Positions 37,353-47,500 are shown, counted from the first letter of the stretch. The stretch: 64,000 nucleotides of DNA from an uncultured Verrucomicrobiae bacterium (GCA_963802965.1 CAWDKS010000008.1:5053-69052); one strand, 5' to 3'. The notes: generated by a model from the sequence alone, not told the origin. Made by a program: numbers and translations.

Positions 37353-38282
37353 ATGACGAAACCGGTTTTACCACGTCCCGCCGCGCCGCGCCGGCGGCTG
37401 CCGCGTTCCTTCAAGGATTTGACGCCGTCGAAGCATTTCAATCCGCGCACGTTTTTTCAGGAACTCATCTGGAAGGCCCTGCTGACCCGGCGCACCGGTC
37501 AGCAGCGCCGCCCGATTTTCCCCAAATTGTCACACGGCCAGGTCGCCGTCACCTGGATCGGTCATGCCTCGTTTTTAATCCAGTTCACGGACCTGAACGT
37601 CTTGATTGATCCGAACTTTGCGAACTGGCTGTTCCTCCTGAAGCGCATCAAGCGGTCCGGCTTGAAAATCCGGGACCTGCCGCGGATTGATCTGGTGCTG
37701 CTCACGCACGCGCATTTCGATCATTTTCACAAGCCGACGCTGCGCCGCCTGCCGCGCCCGAAAATCGGCGTGATGCCGTGGGGCGTCGGCGATCTGGCCC
37801 AAAACCTCGGCTTCGCGCGGGTGATCGAGCTGGAATGGTGGGAAAGTTTTTCGCAAGCGGACTGGCAGGTCACGTTCACGCCGAGCCAGCATTGGGGCGC
37901 GCGCACGTTGCACGATCACCATCGCGGTTACGGCGGGTTCGTTTTGGAGCATCAAGGCCGGAGAATTTATCACGCGGGCGACAGCGCCTATTTTGAGGGC
38001 TTCAAGGAAATCGGGAACAAGATTTCCCCGGAAATCGCGCTGCTGCCCATCGGCGCGTATCACCCGGAATCGTTCCGCCGCGTCCACATGGGCCCGGACG
38101 AGGCGGTGCGGGCGTTCCGGGATTTGCGGGCGCGGTGGCTGGTGCCGATGCATTACGGGACCTTCAAATTGTCGTTCGAGGAAATGGACGAGCCGCCGCG
38201 CTGGCTCCGCGAAATTGCCGCGAAGGAAAATCTCACGCAAAAAGTCCGGATGCTTGACGAAGGCGTGCCAATGGTGTTTTGA
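37353..38282 (+). CDS. MBL-fold metallo-hydrolase
   Basis: WIGHASFL, THAHFDH, AGDSAY, LPIGAY, PMHYGTF. Confidence 0.9.
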   Translation: MTKPVLPRPAAPRRRLPRSFKDLTPSKHFNPRTFFQELIWKALLTRRTGQQRRPIFPKLSHGQVAVTWIGHASFLIQFTDLNVLIDPNFANWLFLLKRIKRSGLKIRDLPRIDLVLLTHAHFDHFHKPTLRRLPRPKIGVMPWGVGDLAQNLGFARVIELEWWESFSQADWQVTFTPSQHWGARTLHDHHRGYGGFVLEHQGRRIYHAGDSAYFEGFKEIGNKISPEIALLPIGAYHPESFRRVHMGPDEAVRAFRDLRARWLVPMHYGTFKLSFEEMDEPPRWLREIAAKENLTQKVRMLDEGVPMVF

Positions 38283-38306
38283 TCTTAAAAATTGCGCCGC
38301 GCCAAC

Positions 38307-39851
38307 ATGACCGACGACCACGGCAATCACCGCGCCACACTCCTTGACCCGCTCCGGCGTTATGTTCCGCTGGCGGTGTGGGTGATTGTCATCTTGGTCA
38401 TCCTGGCCATCCCCTTGAAAATCATCAGCTATGGTTATTTGCCGGGCGATGATGCCTTGCGGCACGCAGCCAAGGCGGTGAGCGGCAAGCCGTGGTCGGA
38501 AATCCTCGTCCTCAACCACGCCTACCAGATTGACCATGAGTTCGGCTGGAACCTGCTGCTGGAGAAAATCCATCATTGGGAAAACTGGGATGCTGAAAAG
38601 CTGGTGGTTTTTTCCGTGGTGGCGCTTTTCGTTCTGACGGGCTGGTCGGTGCTGCCCTGGCTGAAACGGCCGGAGGCATGGCTGATTACGCTGACGGCGG
38701 CGATGATTGTTTCGGACATCCCCCAACGGTTCATGCTGGGGCGGCCTTATCTGGTGAGCATTTCGGTTTTGATGACGTTGTTTCTGTTGTGGCAAAGGCA
38801 CGGCGCATCACCGCCGAAATGGTGGATGGCAGGTCTGATGACGGGCTTGTTTGCCATTGCAACCTTTGTGCATGGAGTCTGGTATCTGTGGGCGCTGCCG
38901 ATTGCGGCGTTTTTCTTCGCCGGACAATTTCGCTGGGGACTGATGCTGGGGGTGAGCTGGGCCATTGGCGTTTTGGTGGGTGCGGCGCTCACCGGACATC
39001 CGGTGGCCTACCCCACGCAAGCCTTGAAACTGGCGCTGCTCGCCGTCGGGATGCACGCCACCGTCCGCACGATGGCAACGGAACTGCAACCGGACACGGG
39101 TGACGCGCTGGCGCTGATCATTCTGGGCGGCCTGTTGATTTTACGCCAACTGGCCAGGCTAAACGCGCGGCCGTTGACCGCCACGCCGGCGTTCTGGCTG
39201 CTCTGTTTCAGTTGGCCCCTCGGCTTCAAAGTCGGGCGCTTTTGGGACGATTGGGGCTGGCCGGCGCTGATGGTTTTGATGACGTGCGATTTGCAGGCGC
39301 TTTTGCAGGCGCGTTTCGCGGTGGATTCGTTCAAGCGATTGGGGCTGACTTGCGGCCTGGCCCTGGCGGCTTATCTGTGTTTGACCAGCGACCTCAACAG
39401 CCGCTGGTCGGCAACGCTGGTGAATCAATATCTGACGACGGCGGAACATCCCGAACTCAACGGCTGGATGCCGGACAAAGGCGGCATTTTTTACTCGGCG
39501 GACATGACGCTGTTTTATCAGACCTTTTTCAAAAATCCGAACGGCGACTGGCGTTACCTGCTCGGCTTTGAACCGACATGGATGCCGAAGGAGGATTTCG
39601 AGGTTTATCACAAGGTATTGTGGAATTACGGCGACGCCAAAGCCTACTCACCGTGGGTGCAGAAAATGCGGCCGGAAGACCGCTTGGTGATTCGCGCCGG
39701 ACGCGCCAGTCCGCCCAACATTCCGCAACTCGAATGGGACTACGGCGTCAGCGGTATCTGGGTCGGACGGCTGCCGCGCACCAACGCCCCCGCGCCAGGA
39801 GCGCCGCCGGCCATTCCGGCGACGGCGCCGCGCGACGGTTCAGCGAAGTGA
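38307..39851 (+). CDS. Multi-pass membrane protein (GT-C-like), unknown function
   Basis: About 10 hydrophobic segments; DDALRH motif after the first TM helix. Confidence 0.6.
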   Translation: MTDDHGNHRATLLDPLRRYVPLAVWVIVILVILAIPLKIISYGYLPGDDALRHAAKAVSGKPWSEILVLNHAYQIDHEFGWNLLLEKIHHWENWDAEKLVVFSVVALFVLTGWSVLPWLKRPEAWLITLTAAMIVSDIPQRFMLGRPYLVSISVLMTLFLLWQRHGASPPKWWMAGLMTGLFAIATFVHGVWYLWALPIAAFFFAGQFRWGLMLGVSWAIGVLVGAALTGHPVAYPTQALKLALLAVGMHATVRTMATELQPDTGDALALIILGGLLILRQLARLNARPLTATPAFWLLCFSWPLGFKVGRFWDDWGWPALMVLMTCDLQALLQARFAVDSFKRLGLTCGLALAAYLCLTSDLNSRWSATLVNQYLTTAEHPELNGWMPDKGGIFYSADMTLFYQTFFKNPNGDWRYLLGFEPTWMPKEDFEVYHKVLWNYGDAKAYSPWVQKMRPEDRLVIRAGRASPPNIPQLEWDYGVSGIWVGRLPRTNAPAPGAPPAIPATAPRDGSAK

Positions 39852-40124
39852 CAATTCGTCGAATTTTCGCGCGAGCACAAAATCCTTTTTCGTCAATCCG
39901 CCCGCGTCATGCGTCGTGAGCGTGAGCGTCACCTTGTTCCAGCGGATGTCAATGTCCGGATGATGCCAGGCTTGCTCGGCGAGTTTGGCGACGGCGTCCA
40001 CGAATTTTATCGCGGCGGGAAAATCCTTGAATTGAAACGTCCGCGCAATTGTCGCGTCCTGTTTTTTCCAGTCCGGCGCGCCGGCGAGCGCGGTCTTGAT
40101 TTGAGCGGCGGTGAATTTTTTCAT
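39840..40124 (-). CDS. phhB: Pterin-4-alpha-carbinolamine dehydratase
   Basis: AEQAWHHPDIDIRWNKV, THDAGGLT. Confidence 0.92.
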   Translation of the reverse strand: MKKFTAAQIKTALAGAPDWKKQDATIARTFQFKDFPAAIKFVDAVAKLAEQAWHHPDIDIRWNKVTLTLTTHDAGGLTKKDFVLARKFDELSLR

Positions 40125-40126
40125 GG

Positions 40127-40585
40127 TCAAAACCATTCCTTGCGGCCGTCCACGTATACCCGCACGAATTCCTCGTCCGGCTTGCACAGGTAAATAATGC
40201 CTTCGATGAGGCCGATGAGGTGCATGATGGGCGAAAGGGTGAAACAGGAAAGCACGGTGACCAGCAGCATGATCAAACCGGCGCCGGTGTAACCGAGGAT
40301 GAATTTATGGATGCCAAGCGAACCCAGCAGTATCCCGAAAATGCCCGCCGCGATTTTTTGCGACGCCCGCGCGGCCACGGCGCCGGACGCCGGCAGGATT
40401 GGCGGCGGAGCGGCATTCAACCCGGCGGCGAATTCGGGCAGGGAACCCAGCGGTTTCCAATCCTGGGCGCCTTCCGTCTGAACCAGGGTTTGGGCGTGAA
40501 CGCGGTTCTCGGTGAACCAGCGCCGGATTTGCTCCGCGTTCACTGGCCCGTATCGCCGGCCATCGGTTCCGATGATTTTATACAT
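40127..40585 (-). CDS. GYF_2 (DUF4339) + TM2 domain protein
   Basis: MYKIIGTDGRRYGPV...WKPL..LPEF; KIAAGIFGILLGSLGIHKFILG. Confidence 0.8.
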   Translation of the reverse strand: MYKIIGTDGRRYGPVNAEQIRRWFTENRVHAQTLVQTEGAQDWKPLGSLPEFAAGLNAAPPPILPASGAVAARASQKIAAGIFGILLGSLGIHKFILGYTGAGLIMLLVTVLSCFTLSPIMHLIGLIEGIIYLCKPDEEFVRVYVDGRKEWF

Positions 40586-40630
40586 GCGACCTTCTCCAGA
40601 GTTTTGTCATGCCGCCGGACGAATCCAGGT

Positions 40631-41038
40631 TCAAGCCTTCGGCGGGACGGAACCGCCGGTGGAATCAATTTGTCCGGAAGCTTCCGCCGGGGCACTCCGG
40701 CGGGCTTCAATAAACAGGCTGATGCTCGTCACCAAAGCCCAAAACCAGGATGCGACAAATACAATCCCGCCGGTTACGCCAATCCAGCCGACCGGATGTG
40801 GCTGCGCGTCGCCGCCGATCTGGTCATAATACTGAATCATCACTTTGAAAAACCACACGACGACCATGATGAAACCCGCCACGGCCAGGGCCAGTTGTCC
40901 ACTGCCCGCGATCCAGCGCCCGGCCATCAGCGAGCCGAGACCGGGTGTGGCCAGTTGATTCACCAACGCGGCGTTCCGGGCGCTGACGATGTCAACCGGT
41001 TTGCGACCCGGCTGAGGAAAAGATGGTTTCATACGCAT
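40631..41038 (-). CDS. Small membrane protein
   Basis: NQLATPGLGSL followed by two TM helices; within the GYF gene run. Confidence 0.65.
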   Translation of the reverse strand: MRMKPSFPQPGRKPVDIVSARNAALVNQLATPGLGSLMAGRWIAGSGQLALAVAGFIMVVVWFFKVMIQYYDQIGGDAQPHPVGWIGVTGGIVFVASWFWALVTSISLFIEARRSAPAEASGQIDSTGGSVPPKA

Positions 41039-41981
41039 ACATCAATGCCCCCAAGCCGATGGGCATGGTGAACAACAAGCCGACGCAGCACAGTAACACG
41101 CCAACGACGTTGAGCAAGCTCACCAAAACAAACAATCCAAAAACCAACCACCAATGTTTGTTGACCATTTTCCAACTCGTCTTCATCGCCTGCCAAAATT
41201 CCATTTGCTTGTCCATGATGAGCGGCAGGGTGAAGGACCAGCTTATCTGCAAATATACCGTCGGAATCAGGCATATCAATAAAACCGGCAGGATAACCGG
41301 AAGCTGGTTCTCAAAGACCTGGGTGATCATTTGGGGGTCCGGGGCCGCGCCATGCGCGGCCGCAGCCGCACGCACAATCCCAATGACCAGCACAATGAGG
41401 AAAGGAATCATGCATAAACCCGTCAGCAATCCGCGCACGAGATAACCGAGAAAAAGCTGCAGGAAAGCCTTGCGAAACCCGGCAAATACATCGCCAACCT
41501 CCGCCGGTTGGCCGCGGATCGCCTGGATAAACATGTAAAAAACGCCGCCCATCAACGGTCCGGTAATGAACAGATTCGCAATCGAGAACAGCGGGCCGAT
41601 AATGGGAATCGAGCCCAAACCCGCAATGGCGCCTACGATCAGGAAGTAAATCAAAACGCCGGCGAAGAGCAGCCCGAAATTATTTTTCAACAATGTCCAT
41701 CCGCGGCCGATGCAACCGCCAATGTCGAGATCGTAATCACGTTCCAGCAGGTTGGCGGATGAGACCGATGCCGGTGGTGGCAGTGTTTCTGGAGCTGCGG
41801 CCGCGAGCGCGGCCGCGAATTCCGGGAACCCCCCGAGCGGACGAAATTCCACATCGTCTTCCACCTTTGCCAACGTCTGCGCGTTGAGCCGGCCCTCGGC
41901 AATCCATCGGCGCATGTCTTCCGCCGAAACCATGCTGTATTCCTTTTGGTCGCCGCCGATGATTTTATACATGACTGCCAT
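40992..41981 (-). CDS. GYF_2 domain + multi-TM membrane protein
   Basis: MYKIIGGDQKEY...WIAEGRLNAQT...FPEF; about 6 TM segments ending GVLLCCVGLLFT. Confidence 0.8.
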   Translation of the reverse strand: MAVMYKIIGGDQKEYSMVSAEDMRRWIAEGRLNAQTLAKVEDDVEFRPLGGFPEFAAALAAAAPETLPPPASVSSANLLERDYDLDIGGCIGRGWTLLKNNFGLLFAGVLIYFLIVGAIAGLGSIPIIGPLFSIANLFITGPLMGGVFYMFIQAIRGQPAEVGDVFAGFRKAFLQLFLGYLVRGLLTGLCMIPFLIVLVIGIVRAAAAAHGAAPDPQMITQVFENQLPVILPVLLICLIPTVYLQISWSFTLPLIMDKQMEFWQAMKTSWKMVNKHWWLVFGLFVLVSLLNVVGVLLCCVGLLFTMPIGLGALMYAYETIFSSAGSQTG

Positions 41982-42014
41982 TTTGAGTTACACGGGAATT
42001 GGGTTGTTTCCGGT

Positions 42015-42899
42015 TCATGGATCCCAACGAAGTGTGTTGATCTGTGATTCGCGCAATTGCCGGACGCTGCCGTCCGCAAAGGCAACCACGAACAATCGGT
42101 CGTGACGCGGTTTGCCAATCATCAGTTCCGGGCCGCCATTCGCGTTCCAGCCGCCGTCCGACTCAAAAATCATCACGGTGTCCGGGGCGATTTTGCTTCC
42201 GTCCATGCCGCCCAATTTGGCGTTGAAGGCATAATCGCAGCGGCTGCTGGAATTCGCGGCGGCACATTTGAAGGCTTTTCCCGATCCAACGTTGACTTTG
42301 ATGGCGTCGCACCAGTTTGCAGCGGGCGGTAATTGTCCGTTGTGATCACCGGAATAAATTTTTACGGCTACCGCAAGTTGCGTTTCGTTGTTCACGCAAT
42401 TAATGGCCTCGGCTTTTTGCTTCGCCGCCGCCAATGCCGGAAGCAGCATGGCGGCGAAAATCGGAATCATGATCACAAAGATTGAGGACACGATCACCCC
42501 GGCCAGCGCGAAGCCATTGACTCCCAGCGCGCTCCGGTTCTGTTTGGCCTTTACCAGGGCAATGATTCCAAAAACCAATCCAAACAACGCCGTGAAGCCG
42601 CAGGTGAACAGTCCCAAAATCCCCAGCACCAGCGAGGTAATGGCCAGGCCGTTGGTGTTTGCAGGCAGGGGCGGCGCGGCGGACGGCAAAGACGGTGGCG
42701 TGCCGGAGACGGCGGACCTGGTGGCGAGCGCGGCGGCGAATTCGGGAAAAGCCGAGAGCGGACGCCATTCCGCATCGCTCTCCGCCTTTGCCTGGGATTG
42801 CGGGTTCAGCCGGCCATCCAAAATCCATTGGCGCAACTGTTCCTCCGTTACCGGGCCATATTCTTTTTGATCGCCCCCGATGAGGATGTAGGTCGCCAT
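42015..42899 (-). CDS. GYF_2 + DUF4190 + pilin-like helix / H-X9-DG protein
   Basis: YILIGGDQKEYGPV; TNGLAITSLVLGILG; AMLLPALAAAKQKA...CVNN; HDRLFVVAFADG. Confidence 0.78.
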   Translation of the reverse strand: MATYILIGGDQKEYGPVTEEQLRQWILDGRLNPQSQAKAESDAEWRPLSAFPEFAAALATRSAVSGTPPSLPSAAPPLPANTNGLAITSLVLGILGLFTCGFTALFGLVFGIIALVKAKQNRSALGVNGFALAGVIVSSIFVIMIPIFAAMLLPALAAAKQKAEAINCVNNETQLAVAVKIYSGDHNGQLPPAANWCDAIKVNVGSGKAFKCAAANSSSRCDYAFNAKLGGMDGSKIAPDTVMIFESDGGWNANGGPELMIGKPRHDRLFVVAFADGSVRQLRESQINTLRWDP

Positions 42900-42960
42900 A
42901 ATTTTGTCCCGCGTTTGCCGACTTCTAGTCCATCGCGCGAATTGACGCAAGCCGTTTCGC

Positions 42961-44067
42961 TCACGTGTTCCGCACAAACAATTTTCCCGGCAATTGCCTG
43001 ACCACCCGTTTCATTTCCAAACCCAGCAACGCCACGCTCGCCGCCGAACTCGGCAGGCCGCTGCGCCGGATCACCTCGTCAATGGAGGATTCCTCGTGGT
43101 TCAGCGCGTCATAGACTTTCCGCTCGTTTTCGCCCAGTTCAAGCGCGGGCAGCACGCCGGTTTCGCCCGGTGACGGCGGACGATTGCTGGCCGGGAACAG
43201 ATATTCGAACTCGCTCAAAATGTCCTCCGCGCCTTCGCACAGCTTCGCGCCTTTTTTGATCAAATCGTGGCAGCCCTTGCTGCGCGGTGAATCAATCCGG
43301 CCCGGCACGGCAAAAACCTGCCGGCCGTATTCCGTCGCAAAATTCGACGTGATGAGCGCGCCGCTGTGCAGGTCGGCCTCGACCACCACCGTGCCCAGGG
43401 TCATGCCGGCAATGATGCGGTTGCGGATGGCAAAGGATTGTTTGTCGCCGTTGCGGTTGAAGGGGAATTGCGTGATGACCGCGCCGTTCTCCGCGATGCG
43501 CGTGAACAAATCCCGGTTCTCCGGCGGGAACACCAGGTTGATGCCCGTGCCCAGCACGCACACCGTCCGTCCTTTCGCCGCCAGCGCGCCCTGGTGCGCC
43601 GCCGTGTCAATGCCGCGCGCGCCGCCGCTCACGACCGTCACGCCGACGTAGGCCAGTTGATACGCCAGCTTGCGCGCGGTCTCGAGGCCGTAATGCGTCG
43701 TCATCCGCGAGCCGACCATCGCCACGGCGCTTTTGTCCTTCGCAGTCAGGGCGCCTTTGACGTAAAGCACCAGCGGCGGGTCGTATATTTGCCGGAGCGA
43801 TTCGGGATAATCGCCATCAGATTGGATCAAAACGTGGCAGCCGAACTCCTGAATGCGCCTAAGTTCACTCGCAAGGTCAATGGCCTTTTCCCATCCGACA
43901 ATCGCGTCGGCGGTTTCCTCGCCGATATTGCGGACGCGGAGCAGTTCGTGTCGGGATGCCTGAAGAATCCTGGGCGCGTCGCCGAAATGTTCGAGCAACA
44001 GCCGCGCGCGCACCGGCCCGACGTGCTCGACCAAGTTCAAAACAATGAGCGCTTCTTTCGGTTCCAC
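42961..44067 (-). CDS. dprA: DNA-processing protein DprA
   Basis: DPPLVLY, VGSR, VSGGARGID, RNRIIAG, SGALIT, AVPG, LIKKGA. Confidence 0.95.
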   Translation of the reverse strand: MEPKEALIVLNLVEHVGPVRARLLLEHFGDAPRILQASRHELLRVRNIGEETADAIVGWEKAIDLASELRRIQEFGCHVLIQSDGDYPESLRQIYDPPLVLYVKGALTAKDKSAVAMVGSRMTTHYGLETARKLAYQLAYVGVTVVSGGARGIDTAAHQGALAAKGRTVCVLGTGINLVFPPENRDLFTRIAENGAVITQFPFNRNGDKQSFAIRNRIIAGMTLGTVVVEADLHSGALITSNFATEYGRQVFAVPGRIDSPRSKGCHDLIKKGAKLCEGAEDILSEFEYLFPASNRPPSPGETGVLPALELGENERKVYDALNHEESSIDEVIRRSGLPSSAASVALLGLEMKRVVRQLPGKLFVRNT

Positions 44068-44155
44068 GCAGCTTCAATAACTTTTTATGATTTGTACCGC
44101 AAGCAAAAGCTGTGCGCACCGTTGCAATTCTCAAATTTTCTGCTACTGATGGCGT

Positions 44156-44980
44156 GTGCCTGATCCCAGCTTGCTGCTGCTCATTCCGGCTTACAACGAG
44201 GCCCGCCGCATCGAACCGGTGCTGCGCGATTACGCGGAATTTTTCAGGCTGAATTATTCCGGCGAATTCCAAATCGTCGTCGTGCTCAACGGTTGCACGG
44301 ACAACACGCTCGGCGTGGTGCGTCGCGTCGCGGCGGAATTTTCCGCCGTTCACACGCTCGAATTTCGCGAGGCCATCGGCAAGGGCGGCGCGCTCATCGA
44401 AGGCCTCAAGCTCGCAACACATGCGGATTTGATCGGCTACACCGACGCCGACGGGGCAACGCCGCCGCGCGCCTTTCTCGAATTGGTCCGGCACGTCGGC
44501 GAGGCCGATTGCGTCATCGGCTCGCGCTGGATTCGTGGCGCGGTCATTCATCAGTCACAGGCCGGCCACCGGCAATTTGCCAGCCGCGCGTTCCATTTGA
44601 TTGTGCAAGTGTTCTTTTGGTTGAACATCCACGACACGCAGTGCGGCGCGAAGGTGCTGAAACGCGAGGTCGTCGAAAAAATCCATCCCTACCTGCGCAT
44701 CGCCGACATGGCGTTCGACATCAATCTGCTGGTGGCCATCAAACGCGCGGGCTTTCGCATCCTCGAAGTGCCGACCGAATGGACGGACCAGGCCGGTTCC
44801 AAAGTCATGTTGTTTCACTCCTCGCTGGCCATGTTCCTTTCCGTGGTGCGGTTGTGGTTGATCTACTGGCCATTCGTTTACAAATTAATGCGCCCGCTGC
44901 GCCCGTTGGAAGGCTGGGTTTACAAAAAACTGCGCGCGCCGCCGCCGTTGCCCGGACCGGACTTGAGAGATGGGAGATAG
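44156..44980 (+). CDS. GT2 glycosyltransferase (dolichyl-phosphate glucosyltransferase-like)
   Basis: IPAYNEA, GKGGAL, DADG, IGSR, DTQCGAK. Confidence 0.9.
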   Translation: MPDPSLLLLIPAYNEARRIEPVLRDYAEFFRLNYSGEFQIVVVLNGCTDNTLGVVRRVAAEFSAVHTLEFREAIGKGGALIEGLKLATHADLIGYTDADGATPPRAFLELVRHVGEADCVIGSRWIRGAVIHQSQAGHRQFASRAFHLIVQVFFWLNIHDTQCGAKVLKREVVEKIHPYLRIADMAFDINLLVAIKRAGFRILEVPTEWTDQAGSKVMLFHSSLAMFLSVVRLWLIYWPFVYKLMRPLRPLEGWVYKKLRAPPPLPGPDLRDGR

Positions 44981-45060
44981 CAGATCGAAGTTGAGGTGGC
45001 TTGGTTGAAGTGAAAACCATCATTTCTCCCCATCTCCAAACTGCTGTCTCCGATCTCCGG
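44966..45060. repeat. Inverted heptamer (GGAGATG-type) hairpin overlapping two convergent 3' ends
   Basis: AGAGATG GGAGATA GCAGATC ... CATTTCTCCCCATCTCC...GATCTCC. Confidence 0.65.
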
Positions 45061-46312
45061 TTTTGCCCCACGTGAACCACGCACAGGCGCCCAGCAGCAA
45101 CAGGTTGAAAACGCCGAGGGTTTTCAGCACCGTTATCAGGCTGTCGTGAAATTGAGTCAGCGCGACGCCGTAAGCCGCGGCGAGCAGCAACAGCACCGGC
45201 ACGATGCGGAATTGCGACCGCGCCAGCAGGTTGTTGACCAGTGCGTAGGCCAGGGACAGCGGCACCATCGCCCACGCATACCACGGCAAAACCGCCGCCG
45301 CGACGGAAACATAGTCTTTCGAGTAAGCCAGTTTGATGACCCACGGTCCCAGCACCGTCAACCCCAGCGCGCCGCCCGCCGCCAGAACGGCCGTGCCGAG
45401 CAGCACGACGCCCAGCAGGCTGCTTTTTTCCGAGCGCGCGACGCTGTGAACAATTTTTGGAAACATCACCGTGGCCAGCGGCACCACCAGCCACAGAAGT
45501 CCGCGCGACAACGTCCCGGCGCTCACGTAAAACGCCGCATCATCGCCGGAAAAACAGGCCTTCACGAACATGGTGTCGGCGGTGAAAAAAAATTGAACCG
45601 CGCCGAACCCCAGCATCAGCGGGCCGATTTGCGCCAGCAGGCTGCGCCAGTCGAACGGTTGCGCGCGCCTCAGCCACAGTGACCGCGTCTGCCAGATGCT
45701 GATGCCGACCGCGATGACCAGCCCCAGGCAAACACCCACCATCATTCCCGCCGCGTAACCGCCGAGCAACAGCACAATAACCGACGCCAGGCCCAGCCGT
45801 CCGACGGCGTTGAAAATGTTCGACCAGCCCAGCCAGAAAAAATTCTGTTGCCCCTGCAACACGCCCCAGAACAGCGGCAGCCAGAACGAAAGCAACACCA
45901 CCAGCAGCGTAATCCACAAGCCGGCCGGGTTCGTCAGTTTCCAGGCTGCGAGAATTTCCGCCTGCCAGATCCACGCGCCGATGGCCAGCAGGAGACACAG
46001 TCCAAGCGTTCCCAGCCATGCCAGCCGGATCATGCCTGCCAGTTCGCGCTCCCGGTTCGTGGCCAGTGCTTTGGCGGTTTGCTGGGCAAACACCATCTGC
46101 AACGGCAGGTTCGGCACGAACATCGCCACCGCCAGCAGCACGCCGAACACGCCGTATTCCCCCGCCGGGATTTTTTTATTCAATAAATGAACAGCATACA
46201 TCAGCAGGCCGCCGCCCACGTTCGCAATCATGAGCCAGCCGCTCTGCCGGAAAAAGGCGGCGTGATGCGAAGCGGAACCTGCCGGGGTCGTCTCGGTTAT
46301 GGCTGCGGACAT
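45020..46312 (-). CDS. Oligosaccharide flippase (Wzx/MOP family)
   Basis: About 12 TM segments; FFRQSGWLMIAN, EYGVF, MFPKIV. Confidence 0.75.
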   Translation of the reverse strand: MSAAITETTPAGSASHHAAFFRQSGWLMIANVGGGLLMYAVHLLNKKIPAGEYGVFGVLLAVAMFVPNLPLQMVFAQQTAKALATNRERELAGMIRLAWLGTLGLCLLLAIGAWIWQAEILAAWKLTNPAGLWITLLVVLLSFWLPLFWGVLQGQQNFFWLGWSNIFNAVGRLGLASVIVLLLGGYAAGMMVGVCLGLVIAVGISIWQTRSLWLRRAQPFDWRSLLAQIGPLMLGFGAVQFFFTADTMFVKACFSGDDAAFYVSAGTLSRGLLWLVVPLATVMFPKIVHSVARSEKSSLLGVVLLGTAVLAAGGALGLTVLGPWVIKLAYSKDYVSVAAAVLPWYAWAMVPLSLAYALVNNLLARSQFRIVPVLLLLAAAYGVALTQFHDSLITVLKTLGVFNLLLLGACAWFTWGKTGDRRQQFGDGEK

Positions 46313-46342
46313 GGGGGTAGGACAATAAAAGAACCAGACGGT

Positions 46343-47500
46343 TCAAGGAAGCGATTTCAGAAAGTTCAAAAGCAGGTTTTTGCCGCGCTCCAGCGACGCC
46401 AGTGAAATCCATTCGTCCGCCGTGTGCGCCTGCGCGATGTCGCCGGGGCCGAAGACCACGCTCGGAATGCCGGCGCCGGACAGCACCGCCGCGTCGCAAA
46501 AATAATCCACGCCCGCCGGCTTCGACTGGCCCACGGTCCGCAAAAATTGCCGGACGAGCGGCAGCTTCGGGTTCGTTTCCAGTGGCAGCGCCGGCGCCAG
46601 CTTCGTGCTGGAAATTTTCGCGGACAAATTTTTCGAGTTCAGGAACGCGGCAATTTCGCGGCGAACACCGGTTTCCGTTTCGCCCGGCAGCGTCCGGCGG
46701 TCAATTGTGATGGCGCAACGGTCGGGCACGATGTTCGGTTGCGCGCCACCACAAATGGCGCCAACGTTTACCGTCGCCGTGCCGAGCAGCGGATGTTTTT
46801 GTTTCCGCAACCGCGCGGCGTAATCCGTTTCGAGGGCAACCACGATGCGCGCCATTTCATGGACGGCATTCTGGCCGAGTTGTGGCGCCGCGCCGTGCGC
46901 CGCCTTGCCGCGCGTTTCGAGTTGCAGCCACAAACTGCCCTTGTGCGCGGTGACCACCTGCAACCGGGTCGGCTCGCCGACGATGGCCAAATCAGCTTTG
47001 AATCCGCTCGCGGCCAGCGCGCGCGAACCCGCCTGCGCATTTTCCTCGTCAATCAAGCCGGCGAAAACAATTTCGGTTTCGTTCGGACGCGATTTGGCGT
47101 TCGCCAGTTCGCAAAGGGCGGTGAGCATGGCGGCGACGGAACCTTTCGTATCGCACGCGCCGCGCCCGTGCAAGCGGCCGTTTTTCCAGCGCGGGACGAA
47201 TTGCGATTCGCCCGCGCCGATGGTGTCCAGGTGCGGCGCGAGCAAAATGGTCCGGCGGATTTTGTTTCGCGGCAGCAACCGCGCGATGAGGTTGGAACGA
47301 CCGGGAAGGACTTTCTGAAATTCCACTTCGAGTCCGGCTTTGGCAGCAACCGATGCCAGGAAATCCGCAACGTGCTTTTCACCATAATGCGATTGACGAA
47401 GGCGGGCCTGTCGCGCCGAAGCTCCATCGGATGGAGCAAAGGCGGGATTCACGCTGGGGAGCGCGATGAGTTCGGCCAGAAGTTTTCCCGTGCGCGTCAT
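46343..47500 (-). CDS. M20 metallopeptidase (ArgE/DapE family)
   Basis: HLDT, GRGACDTKG, DEE, GEPT, AHKG, GPGDIAQAHTADE; family E insert near the N-terminus. Confidence 0.9.
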   Translation of the reverse strand: MTRTGKLLAELIALPSVNPAFAPSDGASARQARLRQSHYGEKHVADFLASVAAKAGLEVEFQKVLPGRSNLIARLLPRNKIRRTILLAPHLDTIGAGESQFVPRWKNGRLHGRGACDTKGSVAAMLTALCELANAKSRPNETEIVFAGLIDEENAQAGSRALAASGFKADLAIVGEPTRLQVVTAHKGSLWLQLETRGKAAHGAAPQLGQNAVHEMARIVVALETDYAARLRKQKHPLLGTATVNVGAICGGAQPNIVPDRCAITIDRRTLPGETETGVRREIAAFLNSKNLSAKISSTKLAPALPLETNPKLPLVRQFLRTVGQSKPAGVDYFCDAAVLSGAGIPSVVFGPGDIAQAHTADEWISLASLERGKNLLLNFLKSLP

